Positions 1 to 11,933 of a stretch of 64,000 nucleotides of DNA are shown one piece after another. The DNA is taken from assembly GCA_000182565.2 (NCBI GenBank), contig KQ257452.1; one strand, written 5' to 3'. The translations under genes and the position numbers were made by a program. The notes under the pieces were generated by a model that did not search any database, was not told the DNA's origin, and worked only from the letters and a program-made list of their open reading frames with translations. Numbering within the stretch: the stretch's first letter is position 1; the number at the start of each line of letters is the position of its first letter. This stretch comes from Spizellomyces punctatus DAOM BR117. Its lineage: Eukaryota.

Positions 1-3000
1 CCTAAATCAAACCAGCCAATCAGTGAAACTAGCTCTCGAAGAGCCAAAAGGCACAATGTTGTCGCACTTACCCACAGACCGGCAGGTAACCAGCGTCAGC
101 GTGAAAATCTCCTCGTACGCCAAACTGGTCTCCCCAGCAATCATTCCACTCCCTTGCAGATTCTCGACACCCAAGCCATGCGTTCGACCAATCACATCAA
201 TGATTTTGTACCTCGTCTCTCCGTCGGTCGTCACTAGTTTCTCGCACCGGACAGAGGGATTGCTGCCTTGATCAAGGACAAGCTTCTTATGCTCTTCTTC
301 GGTGAGATAGAGATAATCGAATCCTTTAGAAGGATTGCTCGGGTCCAACCAGCATACGTTGAAATGGTTAATTACTTCGTCAGCGAGGCCAATGCGAGCA
401 CCAGAGTTGGCTGAGATGTAAATCCGGGGAATGCCTAATCGTCTCGCGTACTCAGAGGCTTTGAAGAACACCAGGTCCTCCATTGGCCCAAAGGAGCCAA
501 TATTGAACGTGATATCGTTGGCGACAATAACAATATGACGCCCTTCGGGATACTCGGGTGTGAACAATTCAAAGTCCCATGCCACCATTCCGCAAGTGTT
601 TTCGCCTAACAACACAAAACAAAGAAATTGATATACATTTTCCAACGTTCCTGCACAAATGAATACCTACCAGGTTCTCTGACAGTCTCTACCAGCTCCC
701 CATTCTTACCCACGACCAATTCAACCACATTCATAATTACAGCTGGAACCCTTGCTCCACTCTCCTCAGCATATCGAATCCAGCTCTTCTCCACAGCCCT
801 TCTGAACAATTCTGGAAAGTCATAGATGTAGGTTGTACCCATCAAGTGTGCCTTGTACCGTTTGGGCTGGATCGATTCGCGGGTCGGGTAGGGCGCGCCA
901 ACGGCTTGATGATGGAGTGGACCGGGTGGGGATGACAGCGACATGAGCTTTTGAACTCCGGTACCATCGCGCACTTCTTGATAGACATCAACTTTTGTGA
1001 CGTATCCGGTAACCGAAGAGATTGTGAACCGGATAGGTTTAGCTGTTGATGAGGAGGAGTTGGGGGGCATAGGCGGTGGGGAAATCAGACCGCTGCTACT
1101 GTATGGGCTTCCGCTTCCACTGTTCAAAGTATTGCCCCGGCGAAAGATGAACCGCACCTCGGCCGTAGCCACACGAAGTTTCCATAGGCGCTGTCCATGT
1201 CTATCTACAAACTCTTTCAAGCTCGCCTCAGCTGCATCAATATCAATTTCGAACGTGGGGACAAAGTTGATAAAGAGATGATTGCAGTCGGTGTTTGGGT
1301 ATTGCGCTCCGACAATCTCCAAAGCATCCATAATGTCCGTGACAATACGATTTCCCTCGCTGACAAGGAAGTCGTGAGTACGGACACCAGAAACGGGGGC
1401 CTGTCCTGGGTACACGATAGCTCGAACAAAGAACCTCGTGTCGGACGGGTTCTTTCTGCCGACCGCATGATAAACGTGGATGCGACGGTTATCGATAAAG
1501 CATGGCTTCACCTCATAGTTCGCCATGCGTTGGAGCTCGAGCTGATACGCCATGGCAGGCTCGATGTGGCGAATGACGAGATCCTCACTGTAATCCAGTG
1601 CTTCTTTGAACGTAAAGTAATGGGGGAACTGGTTCTGCCTCACGACCATAAATGTGATCCGTCGCACCCGTTTCGCACGGAGAATCGGACGAAGTGATCT
1701 GACAATGGACTCAAACTTGGCATGGGCAGTCTCATCCTTACCCAGTTCGGGTGCACAACTGTCGAGAATGGCTATGTTAAACACATGACGCATTCCAGTC
1801 ATACTTCGACGCTCCTTGGGGGAGCCGGGAGTGGTATCTTCGCCATATCGCTCAACAATATGCGGAAAGTTTTCCTCTAATTCTTTGAGCGAAGAAAATG
1901 CGCACATGGCACCTTTTCGAGTGCTTTTTGTGTCCACACGAGAGGACGAGGTAGACGTTGACGCGTACGAGTTCTTTCGCGACGTCGACTTTCCTTTTCC
2001 ATTCTCCACACTGACAGAGGAAGGCATAACCGGTCGAAGGGTGAATTCCCACTGGAGTACGAGTGGATTCGCATCAATGTGTTGCTTGACAGAAGTGATC
2101 GAGTATGCCTGGTAAGTGTGAAGAACGTAGGTATAGAATGCCGCAGCCTTGACGCCAACATCCTCATGGTAAAAGAATCTCGGCAAGACATCCAAGATGG
2201 CATGATTGGCTGTAATGAGTTTCGAGAGATACGCATGATCGAAAGTGGGTTTCATGGACCCATCCTCGTCCGACACGTCTTTCACGCCGGCGGACAAAAT
2301 AGATAATATTTGGGCATGTCGCTCCCCGTAGCTCGGTAATTGGTAATAGATGAGAGTTTCCCGCGCTTTGAGCGAGACCTTGGCGGTGGACCTTCCCACA
2401 AACTGCGCCAGTTTAGAGACGATAGGCAGGAATACGCTCTTGCCTTCGTCAGTGTCCGCACGCGCTTGATCAAGTAACGTCAAGACGAGATCGCTACGCG
2501 TGATGCCCTTTGAATAAGCCAAAGCGACAGCGGTAACTTTGCTCAAGGCAGATTTGTGTCGATCCCTCAACTGTAACAAAACATCTTCGTACCGCTTCTC
2601 GTTGAAAAGTTCCTGCACATAGACATATCGATCCAACAAATCGGCCAGAACATCCCGTTCGTGACTCTTCAAGCCCCGCGCATACCGGTCAATGACTTCC
2701 TGAACTGGCGCAATTAATACGGTAAAGGCAGCAGCGTCGTCTCGAGACATGGCCTGTTTTGCGCTTGCAATGAGTTGTTGGAAGACTTCAGGGGAAAACG
2801 GCTCGCCGTGTTGGCGGAACTTATCCAGCTCTTGGTGAATAGCTGCGTCCAATTTGCTGGGAATCCGCCCAGCAAGGGAGGACAACACTTGGGACAATTC
2901 CAAAAACGGAAGTTCAGGTTCGCGAAGAAGCTCAAGCAAGGTGCGAACCAGTGCGTTGATGTCACCATGGTATTCGTAACCGTCCAAGATGGAGTCAACC

Positions 3001-5594
3001 GTCTGCTTCACCTGCTCATATCGTTGGTGAGGCTTTTCTCCAACGACTTGAGGTGGTCCATAAGCAGGAAATTCGCCATCAAACAGAGTCGCTCGCTTGA
3101 CGCGGGATGGGTCATCGAGCACCAAAGTCCCAATTACATCACCAGACTGCAAAACACTACCCGCTGGCATAGTAAATCGGATCAATCCACTTTCGCTCGC
3201 AAGGAGCGGCATGTACATCTTCATCACCTCGATTTCAGCAAAAGCGTCACCGGCATTGATATGATCACCATCTTCGACAAGGTATCGAACAAGTTTGCCA
3301 GGTGAAGGAGATCGGAGCTTTGTTGGATCGTTTTCTTTCTCAAGGAGACATGTTTTGCTGTCGAGAACCAAATGGGTCGTACCATGTGCATCCTCCTTGG
3401 GGTAAACAAGATGCTTTTGTCCTCCCAGTAATACCAATAAACCACCATCCGCGAGCTTCTTGGCAACAACCTCAACGCTCGATCCATTGACTGACAAGCG
3501 GAAACGTTCAGGACCCGTTACCGAAGTCGAGATCTTGTATTGGACGTTATTGTAAATGAAGTCGACCAGGGCGGTGGTTACCAGGAGTGACCTCGCGGGG
3601 GTTTGCCCCTTTTCCAACGCACGATGATACTCGGCAAGATTCGCCTCAAATCTAGTGTGCGCTTTAACGACCGCACCACAGATAGCAGTAAGAATGGAGT
3701 CCGGTTTCTCAATCTCAACTTTTCTAGAGATGAGAACGTCCAACCATCCTGTGGTCACGTTGTTGTCAATATAAGTGCCGGTCTCCAGGATCTTGATGAG
3801 GTATTCGACGGTTGTACGAAAATCACCCCGAATCGAGAGTTCCTTCAATGCCATGACGAGGTTTTTACGCGAATCCTGTCGCGTCTCTCCGTAGGAGAAG
3901 ATATGCCCAAACTGCGAATCAGCGTACTCGTGGACGCCACCAGACGAGTTGACGCTAAAGTAACCCCAAACGTTGCTATTACTACGGAAATTGAGCTCAA
4001 GAACCTTGCCGCTGTTCGGCTTAAATCCTGCATCAGGGTTTTCGGCCGTAATACGTGCAGCAATGACGTGACCTTTAGGGGAAGGTTTTCGCTGAATTTG
4101 GTGTGATTGGGGGGAGGAAAAGTCAAAATCGATATCGGAGACGCTGTTGGGAGTAAGACCGTACAGAATGCGGATATCGCGGATACAGCTCAAAGGGATG
4201 CCCATAGCAACTTGGAGTTGTGCAGCGGGTATATTGACACCAGAGACCTGAGCAGAAGCTACACGTTAGATTAAGCATATAGCTACGTATAAGCTGTTGA
4301 CAATACCATTTCGGTCGTGGGATGCTCGACTTGCAACCGCGGGTTCAGCTCCAAAAAGTAGTACTCTTGAGTGGCCGGTTCGTAAAGATACTCGACGGTA
4401 CCTGCACTGACATAGCCAACCAATTTCGCCAACCGGACCGCCGCTTTCTCCATATTGGACAACGTCTCCGGGCTCGCAATGGTGATGGGTGCTTCCTCGA
4501 TAATCTTTTGGTGGCGACGTTGGACAGAACAATCACGTCCGAAAAGTGCAATGGCATTCCCGTACGAGTCTGCCAAGAGCTGCACTTCCAAATGTCGAGC
4601 ATTCCTCACGACTCTCATGATGAAAATTGGAGATCCAGGAACTTCTCGCTGGACCTGAGCGAACGATTGAGCAAAAACAGCAGGATCGTCGACGAGGCGG
4701 ATACCTTTCCCTCCACCACCTTCAGAAGCTTTAATCATAACCGGAAATCCGATCCGTTGTGCATGTGCAAGGCCCTCGTCGACGTCATGAGTAGTCGCTT
4801 CATGGTAAATATCATCCGGAACGTATGCATTGCCGTTCTCGTCTTTGGCATCGACAGTAATGCCTTCACCACTCCAGGAGACGCAAGGGACGTCCGCAGA
4901 TTGCGCAACGATCGTGGAAGCAATCTTATCGCCAAGGGCCCGCATCGCGGACGGTGGTGGGCCGATAAAAACAATCGGGCGACTGAGGGCACTAAGCTTT
5001 TCTGCCAGCACAGGGTTTTCGGATGCAAACCCCCATCCTACCCATACAGCCTTTGCATGCAACAATGTCAGTGATAAGCTAGGTAACCAGCGAGAATAAT
5101 AAGCAATTTGCTCACATCAACACCCGTTCTCTCAGCGATATCTACAATCAAGTCTACATTTGCATAGTTGTGGTTGCTAGTTCCGCCGGGCACTTCGACG
5201 TACTGATCTGCCATTCGTACAAACTCGGCATTCACTCTCAAATCTTCAGGAGTGCACATGGCGGTAAATTGTATGGCTCGCTCGTCGCCAAACGTCTCGT
5301 ATGCCCATTTGTGAATCGAACGAATGGCTTTTACGGCGGCCATTCCATTGTTGGCAATGAGGACTTTGGTGATGGGTGTGTGGCCTCTCGAGCGCAGGAC
5401 AAAATCTCGGACGGCATTCGGTGCCAACATGTTCCCCGAAGGACTGATGGGGCTTGGCACGCTGTCGCCTATGGGATCAATGCAGAGCCATATTCAATAA
5501 CTCGCTTCCACTATCATTTTCATTATGCCAATCCTTTCCATAGTTCACCAGCGGCGCTACGCCCGTTGCTGTCATCCAACTCATCCTGCCCCAT
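1..5594 (-). CDS. ACC1: Acetyl-CoA carboxylase (multi-exon; 3' end lies outside the window)
   Basis: Biotin carboxylase motifs ([27 protein letters not shown]), biotin-carrier motif EVMKM and the start of the carboxyltransferase domain ([19 protein letters not shown]). GT-AG introns join the ORF pieces. Splicing an intron at about 5470-5548 gives the start MGQDELDD at 5594. Confidence 0.96.
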
Positions 5595-7186
5595 CCCCAG
5601 CCGGAGCGCGACGGCCCTGTTACAGCCGCTGGGATACTCCCAGAGCTAAACAGTGTCCAGTTCTCAATCCAGCCAAGTACGAACGTGAGACAAGCGCCGT
5701 CAGTTGCACTCTGCAAGGACAAGGACCGTTCTCTATCTTGCCAAACTCGGCTCCAATGTTCTTGGTACAAGACCGTCGGCGCCTCCTGCCTTCCCAAAGT
5801 TCTATGCCCTGTTTCTACTTGTCTTTACTCACCGTCATCATGCTCTGCAAAGGAATGGGGCATAGTGTATGGTGTGTGATAGAGTGAGCGTAAGGTCAGG
5901 AATTCAGAGATCAGACAAGTGGCAGATGGTTTGGACAGTGGTGGAATGTGACAGGGGAGATCGTATCAAGGGGAGGAGGTTCAAAAGGGTATGGAACCAC
6001 TATCTATATAATTCGTGGGGGGGTAAAGGATGCTCAAGTGTTCCGCCGCGACAATTGTGGCAGTGCTTTTGACTTTGGAAACTGTCTCTACGCGATCGCT
6101 TTGGACGTTGACAGGAAATGGTGTGAAAAGGGAATCTTTAAAGGACCAAATGTGGGGGAAATTGAACGAGACGTCAGGCTTTATACGCCTGTCATATGGA
6201 TAACAACGGGGAAAACTACGAGTTTTTCACGATACGACAACTTGTGTGAGCCGGAAAAAGCCCGTCAATTCAGCCCAAATCAACACCACCCATCGATACC
6301 ATAATCTGTGTGTGTGTTGAATAACTTATTAACCTCTGACGTTTTTCTTTTGGAGCTTCGGCTGAACGGAAAACAAGCTGCTTTTTCCAATGTTGTTTGT
6401 CTCTGTTTTTTATTTTTCATGTCCCCAAATCGCTTTCAACACGGTTGTTGTTTTGCACACTTGCAAAACGCGCTCGCGTAATCTGAGCGGATCGATTGCA
6501 GCAGGGCTTTTTTGCCGTTCTCCCCCCCTTTCGTCCGCTTCGTCCGCTTCTTCTCCGCCTGTGGGCTTTTCATCCTTTTTGCCCCCTGCGTATTGCAAGC
6601 ATGACAGATGGATAGACAAGAATATCGATGGGACTGGATTGATTAACGGACACTTGTTCAAATGGATTACTAGTATGAAGACGCCGTCATGCCAGTCATG
6701 GAAGTTGCTTTTGGAATACTGCTGGGTTTGTTTTTAGAATACTGCTGGTCATCTTGGGCAAGCAGATGTTGCAAGCAGAGAGTATCTGACAATCCTACTA
6801 AATACGTAGCGACAAGCAATACCTTGAGAGATACTTGTGCAGCATGTACATTGCGTACAATGGACAATATAACATTTCGTGAGCCAACGGATGGGCTGCT
6901 GCTGTTGGAATCTCCTATTCATCGCAAGAGTTCACAGTCATACTTTTGGACAATCTTTGTCTCTCTTGTTTGTCCGTGCCAGGGTGAGCAATGAAAAAAA
7001 AAAAAATGTGTTCAAAAAGTTGTTGAAAGCCAACATCTATCCAAGTTCCCATGGCAACAAGCTGTCATTTGTTTTCCTTGACAGTGTTGGAGTTTCCAGA
7101 AGGCAGCACCATAGCTGAGCTCTTGAGAAACCCATCCAGGACAGTGCTCACGCGACCTTATCGCTCCTTGACTTCAACACTCAACC

Positions 7187-8925
7187 ATGGCACCACCAAA
7201 GAATGACCCCGTCTCCGATGTTGAGGAGGACGACCACTCTCAGAGCGAGGATGAAAACGAACTGTCGTCAAATGTGGTGACCAAATACCAAACTGCCGCG
7301 GACATTGCTAACCGTAAGTGTCCTTCTGGGGAATATAAAGACGCCGGATGGAGGGAGGAATCAGCTATTTGAACGTGTCACCTCCGCGCGGGCTTAACGC
7401 TTATGGAAAAGTACTGTCTCTCATTCACAATTCGTACTGGTGCCGGATACGATTCGGGCATGTGCGTCGGTTGAAAGACTGGGGGGATTTGGAAATACGA
7501 TCACAATAATGTGACATCATACCAGTGTTTCCCGAGTGCAGTTCATTGAAGATCAGTGGCTCCGACTAACTGTATATCACATTAGGTGCTCTGAAGAAGG
7601 TGATTGATGCGGTTGTAGATGGTGCCAAGGTGGTCGATCTCTGTGCGTTGGGGGACCGGACGATTGAGGAACTGGCAGAGAAGGTGTTTAACAAGGGCAA
7701 AATTCTGAAAGGTATACCCTCATCTCTAGATCTCGTAGGTAGATGATGAGATTTTGTATTCACGATGCCGAATATCTATCAGGTATCGCTTTTCCTACAT
7801 GTGTCTCGTCCAACACAGCCATCTGCCACATGTCACCATTGTCCACGGATCCTGAGGGTGCCACCGTCTTGAAGAAGGGAGATGTTGTCCGGCTGGAGCT
7901 CGGCGCTCACATTGACGGTTACATTGCTCAAGTGGCGCATACCGTTGTTATTGGAGCAAGCAAGGTTTGGAATGAGACGCGGCTCTACACGATCGGGGAA
8001 TGGATGTCTAAAGTCTCTCTAGGAAACCCCCATTACCGGCCGACAAGCCGATGCCTTCCAGGCCGCATACCTTGCTACCGAGGCTGCAATCCGTCTCTTG
8101 AAGCCAGGAAAGACCAACGTTGAGGTTACTGATGCGGTTCAATCAATTGCTGAGGATTTCGAATGCAAACCTGTGGAAGGTACATTTCCACTGTGGGGAC
8201 GTGTGATGGGAACACCTTGATTGTAATCTGCCTCCAATTGTTAGGTATGCTCTCACACCAGGTGCTCCGCAATGTTCTGGATGGTAGCAAACAAATCATC
8301 CTAAACCCGACCGAAACTCAACGGAAAGACATTGAAACTCAAACCTTTGAGGAAGGAGAGGTGTACTCGCTGGATATCCTTGTGTCAACTGGGGACGGTA
8401 AGCCCAAGACCCTCGAAACCAGAACCACTGTCTACAAACGGCAACCCGATGTGACATACAACCTCAAAATGAAGACATCTCGTGAAGTCCTGTCCAAAGT
8501 CAATAAGCAGTTTGGATCAATGGCCTTCTCATTGCGACACTTTGATGATGAGAAAAAGGCGCGAATGGGTATCGTTGAGTGCGCAAACCACAACCTTGTG
8601 GTACCGTACCAGGTCCTATATGAAAAGGAGGAGGCTGTTGTAGCGCATTTCATGTTCACCGTGCTGCTGATGCCTGGAGGCCCTCTCAAGATTACGAGCT
8701 TCCCATGGGACCAAGAGCTGGTCAAGAGTGAGAAGGAGATTAAGAGCGAGAACATCAAAGAGCTTTTGAAGCAGCCTGTCAGCAGCAAGAAGGCGAACAA
8801 GAAGAAGAAGGTATGCTTTTTTTTCTTTTCGTGATTATCCATAATTGCGCATGCACTGACACATTACCGATCGGCAGAAGAAGACGGCTGCTCAGAAGGG
8901 GGAGAATGGTGCTGAAGCCAAATAA
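7187..8925 (+). CDS. PA2G4: Proliferation-associated 2G4 / Ebp1 / curved-DNA-binding protein (M24 fold, non-peptidase)
   Basis: VVTKYQTAADIAN, GIAFPTCVS, LGAHIDGYIAQVAHT, KARMGIVEC and a Lys-rich C-terminus; multiple GT-AG introns. Confidence 0.92.
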
Positions 8926-9653
8926 GTGCTACTGTGGACGAATCATGTTAAGGGATATGTTTGCAATGGGAGTAGGGATGCTGTGACTTTTTTTTTTTTG
9001 CAATACGCTTTCAAAACGCACTTTGTCTTTTGTCTTTTACCTGTATGCTTGACATTTTACATCCTCGTCAAATTACCATTGGATGGGGATACGTTTTAAT
9101 TTATAGGCAGGCGACAATAAAGCGGGGTACCCAATCCCAAGCCCAATTAGCCTTGAAGCCTTACAATGGCTTGTCTTACATCATTACATCATACAGATAT
9201 GCTGGGTTCATCTCGCCTTGATTGCAAAATGGCGTTTAGCAATGTTCAAAGGAACACTGATCGATTCAGAGTCTATCATGCACACTCTTCTTTAACGGAA
9301 TGCAGAAACTTGCAAATCAACAAATTGCGATTAAATGCATGCAAAATGGGGGCTTGCCGATCGAGAGTCAAAGCCCTTTCATACAAGTTGATACCTTGTG
9401 ATGAAAAGGGGGCTACAGCTTGTCTACTGCTATGATCATCTCAAAAGTAGTGACGTTTTTGTTCATTTGTCTCCCATGCCGTATGAGCACCTGCCCATTG
9501 CTAAATTTTTGGCATTCCTAGAAGAAGATCGGAACCCTCCTTCGTCACACACTCTCAACCAAAAGGATTTTGGAAAACAAGGACGCCCTTGAAAATCGTG
9601 CAGTTAACCTACCTACCTACCCTCGCACGCACCCACAGTACCAAATCGACATT

Positions 9654-11429
9654 ATGACTCGGCTGTCTGCATCCTTCATTGCTGCTGCCGTTGTAGGTGC
9701 TCTGATAGACGGGCTTGTGCCATCTTCACTGGCCTTCGACACTGGCCCTCACAATGATATTATGCGGAATGTGATGGAACGATTTGGTTACACTCCCGAA
9801 GCTCAAGCACTTGGTGCCATAGGCAACTGGTTCACGGACGTTTACGCATTTTCATTTTCGTTCGGAAACCATGTTCCGTTCCTACCGAATCACATTGCGG
9901 ATCTAGAGATGCTCCATTGCAATAATCTCTATTCCATCGTCTATGGAGCAAATTATATAGCGCAACACACTATTAGCAGCCGGAAAGCAATTCAAGATGC
10001 AGTTCGAAGAAATGATACATTATCCTACCTTGCATTACTAGGGACCACCGCTCACGCTTACCAGGACTTCTACGCCCACTCCAACTGGGCAGAACTTCAT
10101 TTGCGCAACGATTGCGACTGTTACAATGTCCACGACACGTTTTTTTCCGACATTATTGCCGCGAACGGGAGTGTTGATGCTATGATCAATAGTCGACCTC
10201 AGTTATCCGGTTGGCAGACGTATTCATGGCAAGACCGCAATTACCCAAACTTTAACATCTTTGGTGGAAATGTCGAACATGGCGAGTATTGTACAGGTAC
10301 CAACAAAGATAGTTATGTCAGGCCGTACTTTGAGGAAACACATGCCTATGCATTTAGCGCAACTGTGGAATGGATCTACAATGTTGAACAATGGGCCAAT
10401 GCGGTTGATCCCAATTTTGTCAAGACGGCAAGAGCCTGGGTGCCGCCCACCGAACAAGACCGGCAAGATCTTTTCAAGAATTTCGAACACGCCTTTGAAG
10501 TCTCTTATTCCACCACGGCGTGGGTATTCGGTGGAGATGATGGACACTGGAAAGGCTATGGATCAGGCTCTGTTCGAACCTTTGCCGCCAGCGTAACGAA
10601 TTTTGCAAAAACGAATACGACATATACAAACCTTTATCTGCGGAAAGATCCCAAACCCGTTTGGTCCCTCGTCACAGAGACCCCGCCGTACGCCTTTCTC
10701 AACAACTCTTACGATCCTTCTGGCGAAATCATTGGAAACGTTGCATTAATCCAAGATGCCATCCAAGGATTCACACCCTTTCCTTCCATCCCCGCTGAAT
10801 ATACAAATATGACCGTCGTCGTCGTTCGAACGCTAATGTACAATGTCTCGACTAGTTTAGGAAACAAAAACCCATGGGCATTAATCGAAATCGATAATTT
10901 CGCCATCAGGGAGGCACCCATGATGGGACAACGGGTTGGCACACCCTACTGGACGGCCATCAAATACATCCCTTCACCAGCCATCAATGCAGCATCTCGA
11001 AACGTCAGTATTAAATACACTCTCATCGGCGCCGGCGATAGCTCATCAGTAAACACTCGCATCCCCATCGCAAATTCTCAAGACGGGACATTATACATGA
11101 CGTTCAATTCAGCCGATAACTCACTTGTTGGAACCGGGATCTCCCCAGGAGTATACAATAGCACGCTGCAGACCCTCAAATCCGCTCAACAGGACAGCAG
11201 CATAGAGATATACGTTGATACCCGCGGACTGACATGTACGAATTCAACTGGTCAAAATGGACACTATGTCACGTTTTGTGCCAATACTGCCTTTGGGGAG
11301 CTAGGCACCGTTGAGGGGTGTCCTGGTAGTAAGTTCTCAAAGAATAGTAAAAATGGAGGAGTGACCATTCGGGCGGGAAAGAGCTTGTGGATTGTGTTGT
11401 GTGGTATACTAGTCGCTGTACTGATGTGA
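9654..11429 (+). CDS. Secreted, probably GPI/TM-anchored Het-C/VWA7-like protein (Zn phospholipase C/P1 nuclease superfamily)
   Basis: Signal peptide followed by FDTGPH; motif LGTTAHAYQDFYAHSNWAEL; many N-x-S/T sites; hydrophobic C-terminal tail; no introns. Confidence 0.7.
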   Translation: MTRLSASFIAAAVVGALIDGLVPSSLAFDTGPHNDIMRNVMERFGYTPEAQALGAIGNWFTDVYAFSFSFGNHVPFLPNHIADLEMLHCNNLYSIVYGANYIAQHTISSRKAIQDAVRRNDTLSYLALLGTTAHAYQDFYAHSNWAELHLRNDCDCYNVHDTFFSDIIAANGSVDAMINSRPQLSGWQTYSWQDRNYPNFNIFGGNVEHGEYCTGTNKDSYVRPYFEETHAYAFSATVEWIYNVEQWANAVDPNFVKTARAWVPPTEQDRQDLFKNFEHAFEVSYSTTAWVFGGDDGHWKGYGSGSVRTFAASVTNFAKTNTTYTNLYLRKDPKPVWSLVTETPPYAFLNNSYDPSGEIIGNVALIQDAIQGFTPFPSIPAEYTNMTVVVVRTLMYNVSTSLGNKNPWALIEIDNFAIREAPMMGQRVGTPYWTAIKYIPSPAINAASRNVSIKYTLIGAGDSSSVNTRIPIANSQDGTLYMTFNSADNSLVGTGISPGVYNSTLQTLKSAQQDSSIEIYVDTRGLTCTNSTGQNGHYVTFCANTAFGELGTVEGCPGSKFSKNSKNGGVTIRAGKSLWIVLCGILVAVLM

Positions 11430-11933
11430 GGGAGGATGCGTCCTTTTCAACCCTGTAATTATTTGTATAATGCTGTAGGTTCAAACTAGTCGCAAACATG
11501 CTAAAATTCGTTAATATGGTATTATGCATCTGTTGCTGATGCACCCATGCACGGTCCTACCCATTTCGCCTTGTAGTTAGTGATCTCATTACTTGAGTGG
11601 ACCACTCATCTGTAAAACAATCTGGATCCATAACCCACATGCAAAAACAAAGGTTGGCCAAGGAAGGAGTTGACTAAAGGGTTAGGGTAAGGGTCAGATT
11701 TTGCGGTGCTAACTATTGGTCTTGCACTCGTGTGCCTCACAATTATGCCCAACAGTGCGGGAGAAGGACAATGTCACATTGAGCAAATGTGGTACACGAT
11801 ATGGTTGCATCAAAACACATGCATCATAAACCATTACTATCAGAATGTAAGGAAATATAAAATAGAAAGTCATACACAAGAAAGAAAAAACTAATCTACA
11901 AAAAGTTGAATGTATCCATTATACCCCTAATCA

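Noticed and set aside
6300-7120. Short ORFs between ACC1 and PA2G4
   Set aside because: Non-protein-like composition; consistent with a bidirectional promoter region.
7314-7585. Long first intron of PA2G4 as a snoRNA host
   Set aside because: No convincing C/D box pair or H/ACA architecture seen.
11678-11696. Telomere-like GGGTTAGGGTAAGGGTCA
   Set aside because: Only three imperfect units; likely chance.
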